Source of the DNA: Asterias rubens
Lineage: Eukaryota
Reading direction: 5' to 3'
NCBI RefSeq assembly: GCF_902459465.1
Contig: NC_047065.1
Location: 21,390,001 to 21,454,000, forward strand
DNA length: 64,000 nucleotides
The notes under the pieces were generated by a model, which did not search any database, was not told the origin of the DNA, and saw only the letters and a list, made by a program, of their open reading frames with translations. The position numbers and the translations under genes were made by a program. Of the stretch, positions 34,682 through 47,400 are shown piece after piece. Every line of letters starts with the position of its first letter. The first letter of the stretch is position 1.

Positions 34682-37600
34682 TCACGAGGCTTGGGGTTTG
34701 TTTTGGTTAGCTCCCTGTCCTAGAAGTTGCTTCTCTTCTTCCACCAGCTCTTCCCATCTGGTTTGCTCGGCCAAAACTCGCTTTTCTCGCCTTGCGAAGT
34801 AGGTCGGGTAGCGAGCTTTTTCTGACGGATGCCAGTAGTTCAGAACCTGTGGGAGAAAGTAAGTGCCAGTCAGTAAGATTAATTCCATAAAACAATTTTG
34901 TTCTCAGCTAGGTCTATAAATACAGGAATGCAACTGCTGCATAACAACAAAAGAGAGAAAAATGTTACCAGGCCTGTATGCTTCGTTTTTGAAAGGGCAA
35001 AGGCACCAAGGCATTTTCTCCTTTGGGTAATTTCTACAGGAGCATTTCAAGGGCATGAAGGCAATGTTCAGGGGGCATAGAGGCAATTGCCTCCGTTGCC
35101 TTCGTGAAGTATCAGGCCTGGTTACACACAGCAAGATGCTGTGTGTGTCATATTTGTTTTATTTTCTATGCATCAAATGAAAAACCAAAACCACAAAAAA
35201 TCAGCTGAAAAGCTGCATGCCTGTACTGCTGAAGCAGACAAAACAAAAGTGGTTTCAGAATGTTCTGCTGGGGTGAACAAAATATCCTTTTTCTCTAAAC
35301 ACCACACATACTTCGTGGGGTGTTGTTTCTAACAACATTCTAAAAATATCAACAGCTCTCCCATGCTCTTTACCAAGTAATTTTCTAAGGGTCATTAGTG
35401 AAGTATTTACCAAACAGTACACGCTGTCCTTAAGTCTACATGGGATAACCAGGGATTATTTTAGCTTCCTTTGGGATGGTGTGCGCGATGTTAGAGCAGA
35501 ATGTTGTCATTAATTAAAAAACTTACCCATTCTGGCGCAGGGATATTGCGTTCATAGCGTGTTCCACCAGGAGAATCAATGACTGAAAAGAAAAGACAAA
35601 AAAGAAAGTAATTTCAAGTTTTGAGATATCTTTGTTTGTACTACAAGAAACAAGTCTGTTGTGGTGTGTCCTTGCAGAAAGGTCTAGTTCACCGAACCCA
35701 CGCTCTGGTATGGTCAGCAGCAGAATGTGGGTTCGAATCCCAGTCATGACACTTGTGTCCTTGAGCAAGGCCAAAGGCACTTAACCATAGTTTAAAGGCA
35801 GTGGACACTATTGGTAATTGTCAAAGACTAGCCTTCCCAGTTGGTGTATCTCAACATATGCATAAAATAACTAACCTGTGAAAATTTGAGCTCAATCGGT
35901 CATCGAAGTTGCGAGATAATAATGAAAGAAGAAAACACCCTTGTCACACGAAGTTGTATGCATTAAGATGGTTGATTTTGAGACCTCAAGTTCTAAATCT
36001 GAGGTCTCGAAATCAAGTTCGTGGAAAATTACTTCTTTCTCAAAAACTATGGCACTTCAAAGGGAGCTGTTTCTCACAATGTTTTATACCATCAACCTCT
36101 CCCCATTACTCGTCACCAAGAAAGGTTTTATGCTAATAATTATTTTGAGTAATTACCAATAAGTGTCCACTGCCTTTAAATGCTGTTGACTTTTCCTCAT
36201 GCAATGATTACATATATTAATGTACACCCGATACCAAGCCTGTATGCTTCGTTTTTGAAAGGGCAAGGGCACCAAGGCATTTTCTCATTGGTAAAAGGCA
36301 CCCTATGTAAACATTTTAATATTTCTACCGGAGCATTTCAAGGGCACCAAGGCAATGACCAGGTATGCCTGATATATGCTTTTCCTCAGAAATCCTTCTA
36401 TATTTTCTTGGCCAAAATGAAGGATTCAGAAGGACTATGAAGTGCGAAGGCCCAAATAACAATTGTTTATCACCAGGGCCCAATTTCATAGACAAAATTT
36501 TGCTTAAGCAAAAAATACATTGCTTAGTAAAATCAGTTTACCGGCCAAGACTTCACTCAATTGTTATGCTAAGTAAATAACAGCTAAATACTAGTCATAA
36601 GCAATGTATATGGCATGAAATTTTGGCCAGTAACATGTGTAAAATAAGCGAGCTATTTTCGTGCTTAAGCAAGTTTTTGCTTAAGCAGCTATATGAAATT
36701 GGCCCCAGTCAGGCTCTTCAATTTTATAAAACCCATAATAGTTGGTGTTGAGTGAGTGACACAAATGAGAGGGGGGTGCTAGAGGATTGAGGTCACATCT
36801 ATAGGCAAGTAACCTCATGAGTAAGGTTTATTATGTGTCACTAAAAATTTAAACCTTGCAGCCCACAACAGAAAACGAGTTGTTTGTTCTCACTTGCGGC
36901 TCTCGTTACATTCCGTAGGCTACTTACATATGTACGGCTGTGGATGCTGTTTTTGCCATAGTTCTTCCTCTCCCTGTTGAAGAAGTCGGACTGCTTTCTT
37001 CATATCTGTCTCATTCTTGTGCTCATCAAACCTCGCCCTCAGTAGTGTGACCTCATAACGAAAGGTTGACCTGGAGTAAACAAAAACAATTGTTTCTTGA
37101 GGTCACTGTTTGAAACATAAATATTTGTAAATATTGATTGATGCGGTACAAAATGTATAGGCCTACAAAGACAATTTCAGGAAACCCCCGTGTTCACAAG
37201 TAAAAGTTAGTGACAATCTAGCTTTTACTTTCATTAAGACAAAGTGCAAAGTTATATAATTATCTGAAAGTGAGAGCTCAATGATTTTTAGTATACTGGG
37301 CAAAATCTTTGTTTGCCAACACAAATAAAACATGCATGGCTGTGGCACAAATTTGACACAAACTACACAGTTTGCATTACTAATTTCCTTGGGACAAGGA
37401 TGTGGTTTATACTAGCATTGCTGTCAGAGCAGTTGTAGAACCCTTATCATCACACTAGCGTACAAAAAGATTGTGAGGAGTTTTTGTAATATAATTATTA
37501 CCCATAAAAATCAAATAAGACTGAGCTTGTATTTGGGTGTAAATATTTCATGACATGTGGTGAGAATTATGGTTGAACGACAAAGATCGCTTGGTTCTCA

Positions 37601-38320
37601 AAGTTTGCACGGATAACTTTCCGTATGGCGCCAACACCGGCTTTTCACTCATTTTTGACAAAAAGGTAGTTGCGATAACGTAACCCTCCTCCCGACGGCT
37701 GCCAGGCTGTCGGGAGGAGGGTTATGACTGTTATCGCAACTAACAAAAAGGGTCCTTTGTTACTGTATCGAATGAAAAAGTGGTGGCGCACACGGAAACT
37801 TTTCCAAGAAAACAGTCAATGTTTGTGCCTTAAAAAATAAAAAAAAGAACGGATTATACTCTAGTTCTACCACCCTGCAGCATGCAATGCAGTGGCAATT
37901 GTTTTATTAAAAAAATATATTTTATTTAACTTTTCAAAGATTGGCCTGGGCCCACACCACAGCACAAAAGTTAAATGTAAAACAGTTCTACGAAATGAAC
38001 ACACAAAGTCAAGTTAATAAGGGTGCTGGTTACTTTGGAGGACCACTTTAGATCTTGCCCTTGCCCCTCTCTAATATCAGGGTAAACATAAATAAATAAA
38101 ACTTGGCAACCAGAAATAAACCGACTTTTGTTGTTGTTGAGGGCGAGTTGACTTTTTAATGGGGATTCGACTGGAATAATAATAAATTTCATGATTGGCG
38201 AAAGGGAGCCGTTTTCCATGAAACTTTTGCTTACCTGTGTGTAATCCAAGATTGCAAATTTCTTGCTGACTTCTTATAAAGTCGGAGAACTCTTTGTGCG
38301 TGCGTCAGAGAACTTGCCAT
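34682..38320 (-). CDS. NDUFB9: NADH:ubiquinone oxidoreductase subunit B9 (B22, LYRM family), 149 aa
   Basis: Exons 38320-38235, 37070-36928, 35582-35527, 34846-34682 (450 nt). [13 protein letters not shown] (LYR), [50 protein letters not shown]. Confidence 0.95.
34969..35120. mobile_element. CAGGCCTG-terminated short element (family J)
   Basis: Body GAAAGGGCAAAGGCACCAAGGCATTTTCTCC...GAAGTATCAGGCCTG. Other copies or fragments at ~18440-18600, 25735-25810, 36236-36365, 42135-42292, 56389-56557. Confidence 0.7.
35792..36179 (+). mobile_element. MITE family A copy in NDUFB9 intron 2
   Basis: Full TIRs and TTAA flanks. Confidence 0.85.
36477..36705. mobile_element. Harbinger-like MITE, CAG TSD
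   Basis: GGCCCAATTTCATAG...TATGAAATTGGCCC. Related decayed copies lie at ~33880-34204, ~26905-27255 and ~770-912. Confidence 0.7.
37611..37805. mobile_element. Family D MITE carrying a nested hairpin element (37667-37742)
   Basis: D TIRs flank TAGTTGCGATAACGTAACCCTCCTCCCGACGGC...GTTATCGCAACTA. Confidence 0.75.
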
Positions 38321-38486
38321 GTTTGTATAGCAAATAACTTTGGGGTTAATTCCCCGTGTTTTAGGCAAGAAAAATAGAGCTGGATTACTTCGTCGGCCGG
38401 GCGGCTTGACTATCGAGTCAGATATTCGACCGCCGGGCAGAAGAACGCCCTCTGTTGGTGATCGTGTGATTGAAAATAAAAACAAA
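38321..38486. promoter_or_regulatory. Probable bidirectional promoter (NDUFB9 / METTL17)
   Basis: Divergent ATGs 166 bp apart, CpG/GC-rich (CGTCGGCCGGGCGGC), YY1-like AAAATGGCAGC overlapping the METTL17 ATG. Confidence 0.7.
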
Positions 38487-41400
38487 ATGGCAGCCTCCAT
38501 GAGTGTCACGTTGGGAATGCATGGAATGGGAGTTTTCGTCAGGGTAAAGCCGCGACAAACAAATAGCTCAAGCATTTTCAAATTTCAGAGGAGGGTGAGT
38601 TGGAGCGATTTGTAAGGAAAAGTTTCCGTATGGCGCCACCACTTTTTTCATTCGATATGAAATAATAAATAGTATCTTATTTACCTCAATGAGAATGAGA
38701 TATCCCTTTTTGTAAAAATGAGTGAAAAAGTGGTGGCGCCATACGGAAAGTTATCCGCAGTCACTCACTGCCCCACTGCACTGGGGCACTGGTCAGGTCA
38801 GATCAGAAATTAAAAATTGGCCCCCCCTCTCGGCCCCGCCCCTTTTCCCATGTGTTTAGTCCTTGACATTGTTTTATATGCCAAAGCAGTTTTATTTGGA
38901 AAAATAAGAGGATAAACATTTTATTCCATAATGATGACAATGAATTGAAACAGTGGCAGTGGGATATGGAAACTATTGCGATAACATAACCCTCCTCGAT
39001 CCCGCCCGAAGGCGAAGCTACTTGAACTTACTTGAACTTACTTGAGGATAACTTTCCATATGGCGCCACCACTTTTTCACGAATGAAAAAGTGGTTGCGC
39101 CATACGGAAACTTTTCCTTACTTGAATCCACCGACGCCATCACACAACTGGGGAGGAGACGGTGGCTCTGGTTACTGAGGGCAGACAGCTTAGATAAGCT
39201 TATAGAGCCCCCCGACGTTCTTTAGGAATTTGTCCACATGTCCCTTGAAAATGTTCACACTTGAAGCTTCAATTGCCTTTCGAGGGAGAATGTTCCAGTA
39301 GTTGACCACTCTCTGGCTAAACCAGAACTTCCTCAAGTTGGGGTGTGATCTTGATTTGTACAGTTTTAGTTGGTGACCCCTGTGCTGCACGGTCGACAAA
39401 TCAAAGAAGTGTTCAGGGTTCAAGCCCTCGAGGCCCCTGAGTATCTTAAAGGTCTCGATAAGATCTCCTCCCAGCCTCCTGCACTCCAGGGTGGTCAATT
39501 TCACTTCCCTGAGTCTGCCAACGTAGTCTAGGTGAGATAGACCTCCAATCATTCGCAATGCTCTCTTTTGAACTGTTTCTATTAGGTCAATGTCCCTTTG
39601 AAGATGAGGCCTCCATGCCTGTACACAGTAATCTATGTGGTCTAACCAGTTCTTTGTATAGTCTGATGATTGTTGTTTTGTCTTTGTTCGTAATGGTTCT
39701 GTTGATTAGCCCCAGGGCTCTGAATGCGCTTTTGACTGCCTTCGCACAGTGGGTACTTGCATTTAGTGACTGATGGATGATTACCTCAAGATCTCTTTCT
39801 TCACTTACTGTCTGAATTATACTGTCACCAATGGAGTAGTTGTGCTTGATGTTTCTATGCCCGAAGTGGAGGCACTTGCATTTGTCAATATTAAATAACA
39901 TTTGCCAGTCATCAGACCACCGGTAAAGGCGATCGAGGTCGTCCTGAAGACCGCAAGCATCTGCCAGGGTTTTCACTTTTCTGAAGACCTTGGTGTCATC
40001 AGCAATCTTCAGGACCGAACTCAAGATATCCTCGTCAATGTCGTTGATGTAGATGATGAACAACAACGGGCCAAGAACAGAACCTTGGGGGACACCGCTT
40101 TTAACTCCTGGCCACTCCGATTGGACCCCGTTCACCTCCACCCTCTGTTGTCTGTCAGACAGCCATGCCTCAATCCAAGCAGCAGTTGATTCACCTATCC
40201 CATGTGATCGTAGTTTCGTCAGTAACGTCTGGTGTGGTACTCGGTCGAAGGCTTTACTGAAATCAAGGTACACTGCATCAACAGGGTTGCCATCATCAAC
40301 GGTCTTTGTTACAAGCTCCAGAAAAGTTAGTAAATTGGTCAGGCAGGAACGACCTCTTAAAAACCCGTGCTGTGAATCACTGATCAATCTGTGTGCTGTC
40401 AGGTGTTCCATGATGGCTAGCCAAAGCATAACGAGCCATGCTCAAACGGCAACTAGTCAACAGATTTGCTCCATTTTTACCACATTTGAAAATCATTACA
40501 CAAATTGTAGGAACACAAAATTAATCCTCAATGTCTAATGATTGAACACTCAAAACACCATTGAGAAAAAAAATTTTGAAGAAAAAAGACAAAAACTTCC
40601 GGAGCGAATTCCCAGGTTGATATTTTGAACCTGTCGCATCGTATGGGTTTTTTTTTTGGTCACCAAGCGTTGAATCGCAGGTACCAGCCTGTTGGATTGA
40701 CGAACTGCCGAGCCACGGTCGAGTTGGACTAAACCATGCTGTGAAAGGGGTGTTACAAGGCAGCGTGCAGTGCGTGCGCGCCATATGCGTGAACAGCCAG
40801 TATTGTAATCGGACAGTGTTGCGGTAAGTAACCCTCCTTTGATGTCGGAAGGAGGGTACGTTATCGCAACAAACTTGGCTTTTGGCCGAAATTTTCTGAA
40901 ATGGTGCAAACACATAATTCTTTCTTTATTCATATTTTCTCACAAGAGAACGACAAATCTTTGGACAGTGCTGTACATAGGAGTAGCTTTGTTAAGTCCT
41001 TTCTTTGTCGATGTCAAAGTTTCATTGTGACAACAATATTTTCAAAGGAAAATAATTTCTCCAGAAACTTCAAAAAGTTCTGACAAGTAATAAAAGGCAG
41101 CAAAGGCATGGACAATTATTCTGGAATACCAACTTAAAGTTGTAATCACTTCTCTCTGGTCCTTGCTCCTTGGTGTTACTCACAGATGTCACCGGACAGG
41201 GAAGTTACAAAGCTTTGTCAAATTCTTACAAACTTGTAGTTCAATGAACATCAGGCTCAATTTGAGTTTGTGCGTACAAATTTTGTCATGACTTTGCTCA
41301 TCAAATTTACTCAGGCACTAGACCCAGTAACTGGGTGCTGTACTTCTTTTTTTACCCGAAATAGGGCCGATAATGACAAATTAGGAGAAAAAAGGAGAAA

Positions 41401-44400
41401 AGCCTCCCAGTAACTGGGTCTACTCAAAATTTTGATTTGAATTTTTGGAAAATTGCACTCAATAGAAACACTGTTTTTTTTGACAAAATTGTGATGGTTT
41501 CATGATATCGTAGTTTTTTTATTTTTATTTGTGATGTTTTCCTGATATTAATGCAGCTGGCTACCGTGGCAAAGTACAAGACTTTAGTTGATGACTCTTT
41601 AGTCGGACTGGCAACTTTTAGAAAACATCCTGGCATCATACGATCTAAATCAGTCAGACTTCCGGATGCATTGCTGCAGAATGTGATCAGATACCTAGTC
41701 GGTGAGTAACTTGGTGGCATGGTTGGCTTGTACATAAAGCGCTCTCCTCTCACCAAGGTGACCCCGGTTCGATTCCCAGCCAGGGCCATATGTGAGTTGA
41801 TTTGTGCGTTGGTTCTCTGCTGTGCCACAAGGGTTTTCCAGACCATCTGGTTTTCCTCCCTCGGGAAAAATTACTTTTGATCTTGGCTGTGCTCCGTGGT
41901 CATAATGGGTTGATGTGGCTGGCAGCTGAATGCGCCCTTGCATGCCTGCTTTTGAACACGTTGTAGCCGCGTCCTTCGCAATTCAGCTCTTATTATTATT
42001 ATCTTAGAATTGTTATTATTATTATTATTAATCATAACCCTTGATTCCCCGACATTCGTAGACCGGAAGGTTTTGAGGGGCCATCGGATGAAACTTACAA
42101 ACGTTTACGATCCTTTATTTAAACCCATTTACCATCAGGCCTGTGTGATTCGTTTTTGAAAGGGCAAGGGCATCAATGCATTTTCTCCTTGGAAAGGGCA
42201 CCCTATGAGTAACTGGAGCATTTCAAGGGCACCAAGGCAATGACCAGGGGGCATGGAGGCAATCGCCTTGGTTGCCTTCGTGAAGTATCAGACAAATTTT
42301 TCTTTTTTTCCCCATGGTAGTCTTCACTTTGAGTAGCTTTGCGTTGTTTTGATGTTGTTGTTGGATTTTTTTCAAAATATTATTAATCATAAAATCATGA
42401 TTGTTTATGTTTTTCTCGAGCCAGACAAGCCAGTGAAGCAGCTTCAACCGAATGCAGCTGCAATGGCCAGGTACCTCTTGGGACGTCAGCGACCGCTTGA
42501 ACGAGCTGATCTCCGAGCAAAGGCAAAGGAATTTGCATCAATTCAAGGGGTTAATGGTATGTTACGCCTTTCCAGACCTGCAATTTCATCTTAGAGAGGG
42601 CAAGACCATTTTCATTTTACCAAGGGCATGCCAAATGGGGAGCCTATGAAAGGGGCACCAAAGGGGCAGGAAGGTCAAGATCAAGGGGCAAACAGTAATT
42701 CCATGCCTGCCTGTTTGTTACAACAAGACACAAGCAGTGCACAATATTAAGTGCGTGTTATGCCATGTATTTCAACTTGTGAGTTGCAGATACAGTTTCA
42801 TAGAGGCCCTACTGGTTTGAATATGACTTCGTTTTAGAGGGAAATATTTTAGAGAAACAATGTTTCCAGTATAAACTTTTTAATCGGTATATAAAGCTTG
42901 TGTTGTTTTTTATCTTTACAAATCCTGTTTTATCATTAACCGATAGGAACCCATGCTAATATCCCCTCTCTAGGTATTGCCCACAATTGTTTTTTTAATA
43001 TTGGGCTTATCGAAGGAGGATGACTTGGCTGAACAAAAAAAATTAAAATCTTGCTGTCGTTATCTTTTTTAAGATATTGATGACGAAATGATTAGGAGTC
43101 CCGACTTATCCAAGGAAAACAAAAAGAAAATTGCATCTGTGATGAGTAAACTGAAGAGACACATCTATCACTGGCATCCTATCACGTGAGTAGATTCTGC
43201 AATCAAATAATAATGGACACTTTTTGGGACATGCTAAGCTAATCTTAATGTGTTAAAGACAGTGGACACTGTTGGTAATTGTCAAAGACCGGTCTTCTCA
43301 CTTGGTGTATCTCAACATATGCATAAAATAACAAACCTGTGAAAATTTGAGCTCAATCGGTCGTCGAATTTGCGAGATAATAATGAAAGAAAAAACACCC
43401 TTGCACACAAAGTTGTGTGCTTTCTGATGCTTGATTTTGAGACCTCAAATTCTAAACTTGAGGTCAAATTCGTGGAAAATTACTTCTTTCTCAAAAACTA
43501 CGTCACTTCAGAGGAAGCCTTTTCTTACAATGTTTTATACTATCAACCTCTTCCCATTACTCTTTACCAAGTAAGGTTTTATGTAATTATTTTGAGTAAC
43601 TACCAATAGTGGCCACTGCCTTTAAGCACTTTGTAATCAGTACTTTTCTAATTCTTGTAGAAAAAAACCCACAAATAAAATTACAACATTTACCTTTCTC
43701 CTTGTTACTACAGCTATAATGAAACCACTTCATGTGCATATATGATGTCAAGGATTGCCCCAAACTATGCAGTGACCTACAGAGTTCTAAACGAGGTACT
43801 TCCTGAGTAGTTCCTGAATTAAATTATTTTACAAACTTAATAAGGTATCATGAATAATGAAATGGCTTCAAAAGTGGAGACAACTGAAACATCAACAATG
43901 ATATCAATGTACCTCTAACTACCGGGCAACCTCGGTAGTCTAGTTTGTAAGACACTGCTCTAAAATTGTTAGCATTTACTTTTTTTCTAAAAAACTACGT
44001 TACTTTAGAGGGAACCATATCTCACAATGTTTTATACCATCAACAGCTCCCCATTACTCATTACCAAGTAAGGTTTTATGATAATAGTTATTTTGAGTAA
44101 TTACCAATAGTGTCCACTGCCTTTAATACAATACAATACAATACAAAAATGTTTTATATACCGCCATTTCATCAAGACCACAGCGGTTTGTGATGAAACA
44201 GAGAAACAAATAAACGATGAGACAAAATGCAAGTTAAACCAAAAAGCAAAACAATCATTGTGGGAACAGGTGTGATTTCAGATGCTTCTTGAAAATATGA
44301 AGTGAATCAGCAGAGCACAGAGATGGGGAAAGACTTCCAAAGTTTAGGGGCGGCAAAATAGAAGGATGGGTTCATATTCTCCAATGCTAATGGGAAGTTG

Positions 44401-47400
44401 CAAGGCAATCATGAAAACATAATGGAGCAACTCACCCTTTTATATTCTTATATTAAATTGATATTTGACCCAAATCAAATTTAAATTGGGCAAATTTTTT
44501 AATTTTGTTGCGTTAATTGACGTTATTTTTAGCAACCTTTATAAACAAAGATATCTCCGTGAAAACATTTTTTGTGGATTGACAGATCAGGAAAAGGATG
44601 GCAGATTTTACACCTGAAAACCTGCTGGATTTTGGTTCTGGTGTCGGAACGACAGCCTGGTATGTTTGGCTTGATTTTATACATCTACATTTATATGGGA
44701 TCATAAAATCAAAACTCATCTCAAAAACATATCTATTTCGGAAACAATAGCCTTCAAACTGTTGGTTGTCTTGTGTATTAGCAGAGTTCTTGTTTTTTGC
44801 ACGCCAGGAGTGTCATCATTGACAGACATGGCGCATTAGAAATGTTCAAACCAATCCCAAAACCAAAGGTACACAATGTATATATATGTTGCCTTCAAAT
44901 GAAATCCACCCAGATTTCTTCAGAAACTTGACCTATATAGGCATATTTGTTTTTTTAGGGCTGCTCATTCACTGTGGGGTGACTCACTCAGTGAATTCTT
45001 CTGTGTGGATACGTCAAGATCTATGCATGAATTATCTGATACACTCATGAGAGATAATAGTACAGAAGAGGAAGAGGAGGCTGGGAACAAGACTATCATC
45101 AAGGGAATCTACCTCAGACATTTCCTTCCAGTCTCACTTCAGGTATGTAGTACTTGACTAGTCTGGTTCATTCTGTCTTTATTCTGCTGGTCCTGGAAAC
45201 CACTGTTTTCTTGAGCAAAATGCTTAAAGTTACTAGACACTATTGGTGATTACTCAACATATTTGTTAGCATAAAAACTTACTTGGCAACAAGTAATGGA
45301 GAGTTGTTGACATTGTGAGAAACGACTACCTCTGAAATAACATTTCAGAAAGGTTTCTGAGAAAGGTAATTTCTCACTCAAAAATTCAAAGGCTTCGGGC
45401 CTAAAGTCTTTCAATAGTTTGGTATGCATCTGAAAGCAAACAAATTTGTGCAACAAGGGCGTTTTTCCTTTCATTATTCTCCTGTAACTTCGATGACCAA
45501 TTGAGTTCACATTTTCACTGATGTGTTATTTTATGCATGTTGGGATTTACACCAAGTGAGAATACTGGTCTTTGACGATTGCCAAAGGTTAGGTGTCCAA
45601 TGCCTTTAAAAACATTGGACACTTTCGGTAAACAGTATTGTCCAAAGGCCCACACTTCGTGTATCACAACTGATATAAAAAATAACAAACCTGGGGAAAC
45701 TAAAGCTCAATCGGTCATTGGAGTCTGGAGAAAATAACGGGGAAAACCCACCCTTGTTTCCGCACGATTCGCCGTGTCATGACATGTGTTTAAAATAAAT
45801 CCGCAATTCTCGACAACGAGAATTGATAATTGTTTTAATGTTTTCTTGAAAAGTAAAGCATTTCATGGAATAATATTTCAAGAGAAGTCTTTCACCATTA
45901 CCTTATGTAAACCCTGTAAGTTATTTGTAAATCTGTGAACTTTTATTTTTTTTTTGTTTCGAAAGTGTCCAATGGGTTTAACCATTGCAACAACCTTCCG
46001 ACGGGACATAAAGCCATTGGTCCAGTGTGTTCTGTCATGAATCTAAACGAACCCAGTCAATTTATTGTATAGAGAAGGGGTTCGCCGTGGTGTTTCTGTC
46101 ATGGTCTGGGAGCAATACCGGTATACGCCACCTCACCTTGTTCACCTTTCAAGGTGTTATATCATGGACGCTCAGCCTCACAAAATCGTATTCAATCATC
46201 ATGTTCAATTTGGTTGGCTACATGTAGTTCAGCGCCAGGCAGACTGGCGCCAGGAAAGTCATTTATGACAGACATGGCACCTTATAAAAATTTATACACA
46301 ATTATTTCTTTCAGAAAAAGTACGACTTGACGGTCAGCTCCTTCTCTCTGCTTGAGTTACCAAGTAAGGCGGACCGTTTAAACACACTGAGAACTCTATG
46401 GCATAAAACAGGGCAATATTTAGTCCTGATTGAGTGTGGTACAAACGAAGGATATCAAACTATCATGGAGGCCCGAGACTTTATTTTGAACGATCTGAAG
46501 GAGGAAGTAGAGAGGAATTCACAAGGACAAGCTGTCGGAAGATTGAGGAACAGAGAAGAGCTTGGAGAAGAGGCTGATCCTGTGGATGCTGTTGGTCATG
46601 TCTTTGCTCCGGTAAGAGATCTTCTATCACATCCCGATTTCGACAGGCGATCAAGAGTAGCGCCGAAGCTAATAGATTAGGAGTGACTCTAAAGCGACCA
46701 AAATAAGCTTCAATGGTACCTCAACGATTAACACCAAATATTAAGACTTGCATGGGAGTAATATGACTGTTTTAAAGGCAGTGGACACTATTGGTAATTA
46801 CTCCAAATAACTATTGGCATAAAACTTTTCTTGGTGACGTGTTATGGGGAGAGGTTGATGGTATAAAACATTGTGAGAAACAGCTCCCTCTGAAGTGCCA
46901 TAATTTTTGAGTAAGAAGTAATTTTCCACGAATTTGATTTCGAGACCTCAGATTTAGAACTTGAGGTCTCGAAATCAACCATCTAAACGCACACAACTTC
47001 GTGTGACAAGGGTGGTTTTTTCTTTCATTATTATCTCGCAACTTCGATGACCGATTGTGCTCAAATTTTCACAGGTTTGTTATTTTATGCATATGTTGAG
47101 ATACACCAACTGTGAAGGCTAGTCTTTGACAATTACCATAAGTGTCCACTGCCTTTAACATCGTATTTATATTAGGTTTAGCTCAAAATAATAGAACAAC
47201 TGCATAAGAAAGTCTCTAAGCACTCATGACCAGCTTGAAGTCTGGTCTGAAACAAAAAAGTTCCAGAGTCATTTTTCAATCTGTTGACTTCCAGTGCATC
47301 CAGTTGCTCCTAACTGATTCAGATGGCAAACTTTGTATGCGCTTAATGCAATAATTTGGTTCAGCACAACTCTCGAGCTCCTGTCTGAACCGGTGTCCTT

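Noticed and set aside
34682-34760. NDUFB9 shorter than the human protein at the C-terminus
   Set aside because: All core motifs are present and the tail is variable among animals; not evidence of a pseudogene.
39558-40538. Plus-strand ORFs of 71, 95 and 161 aa
   Set aside because: Antisense to the CR1 reverse transcriptase.
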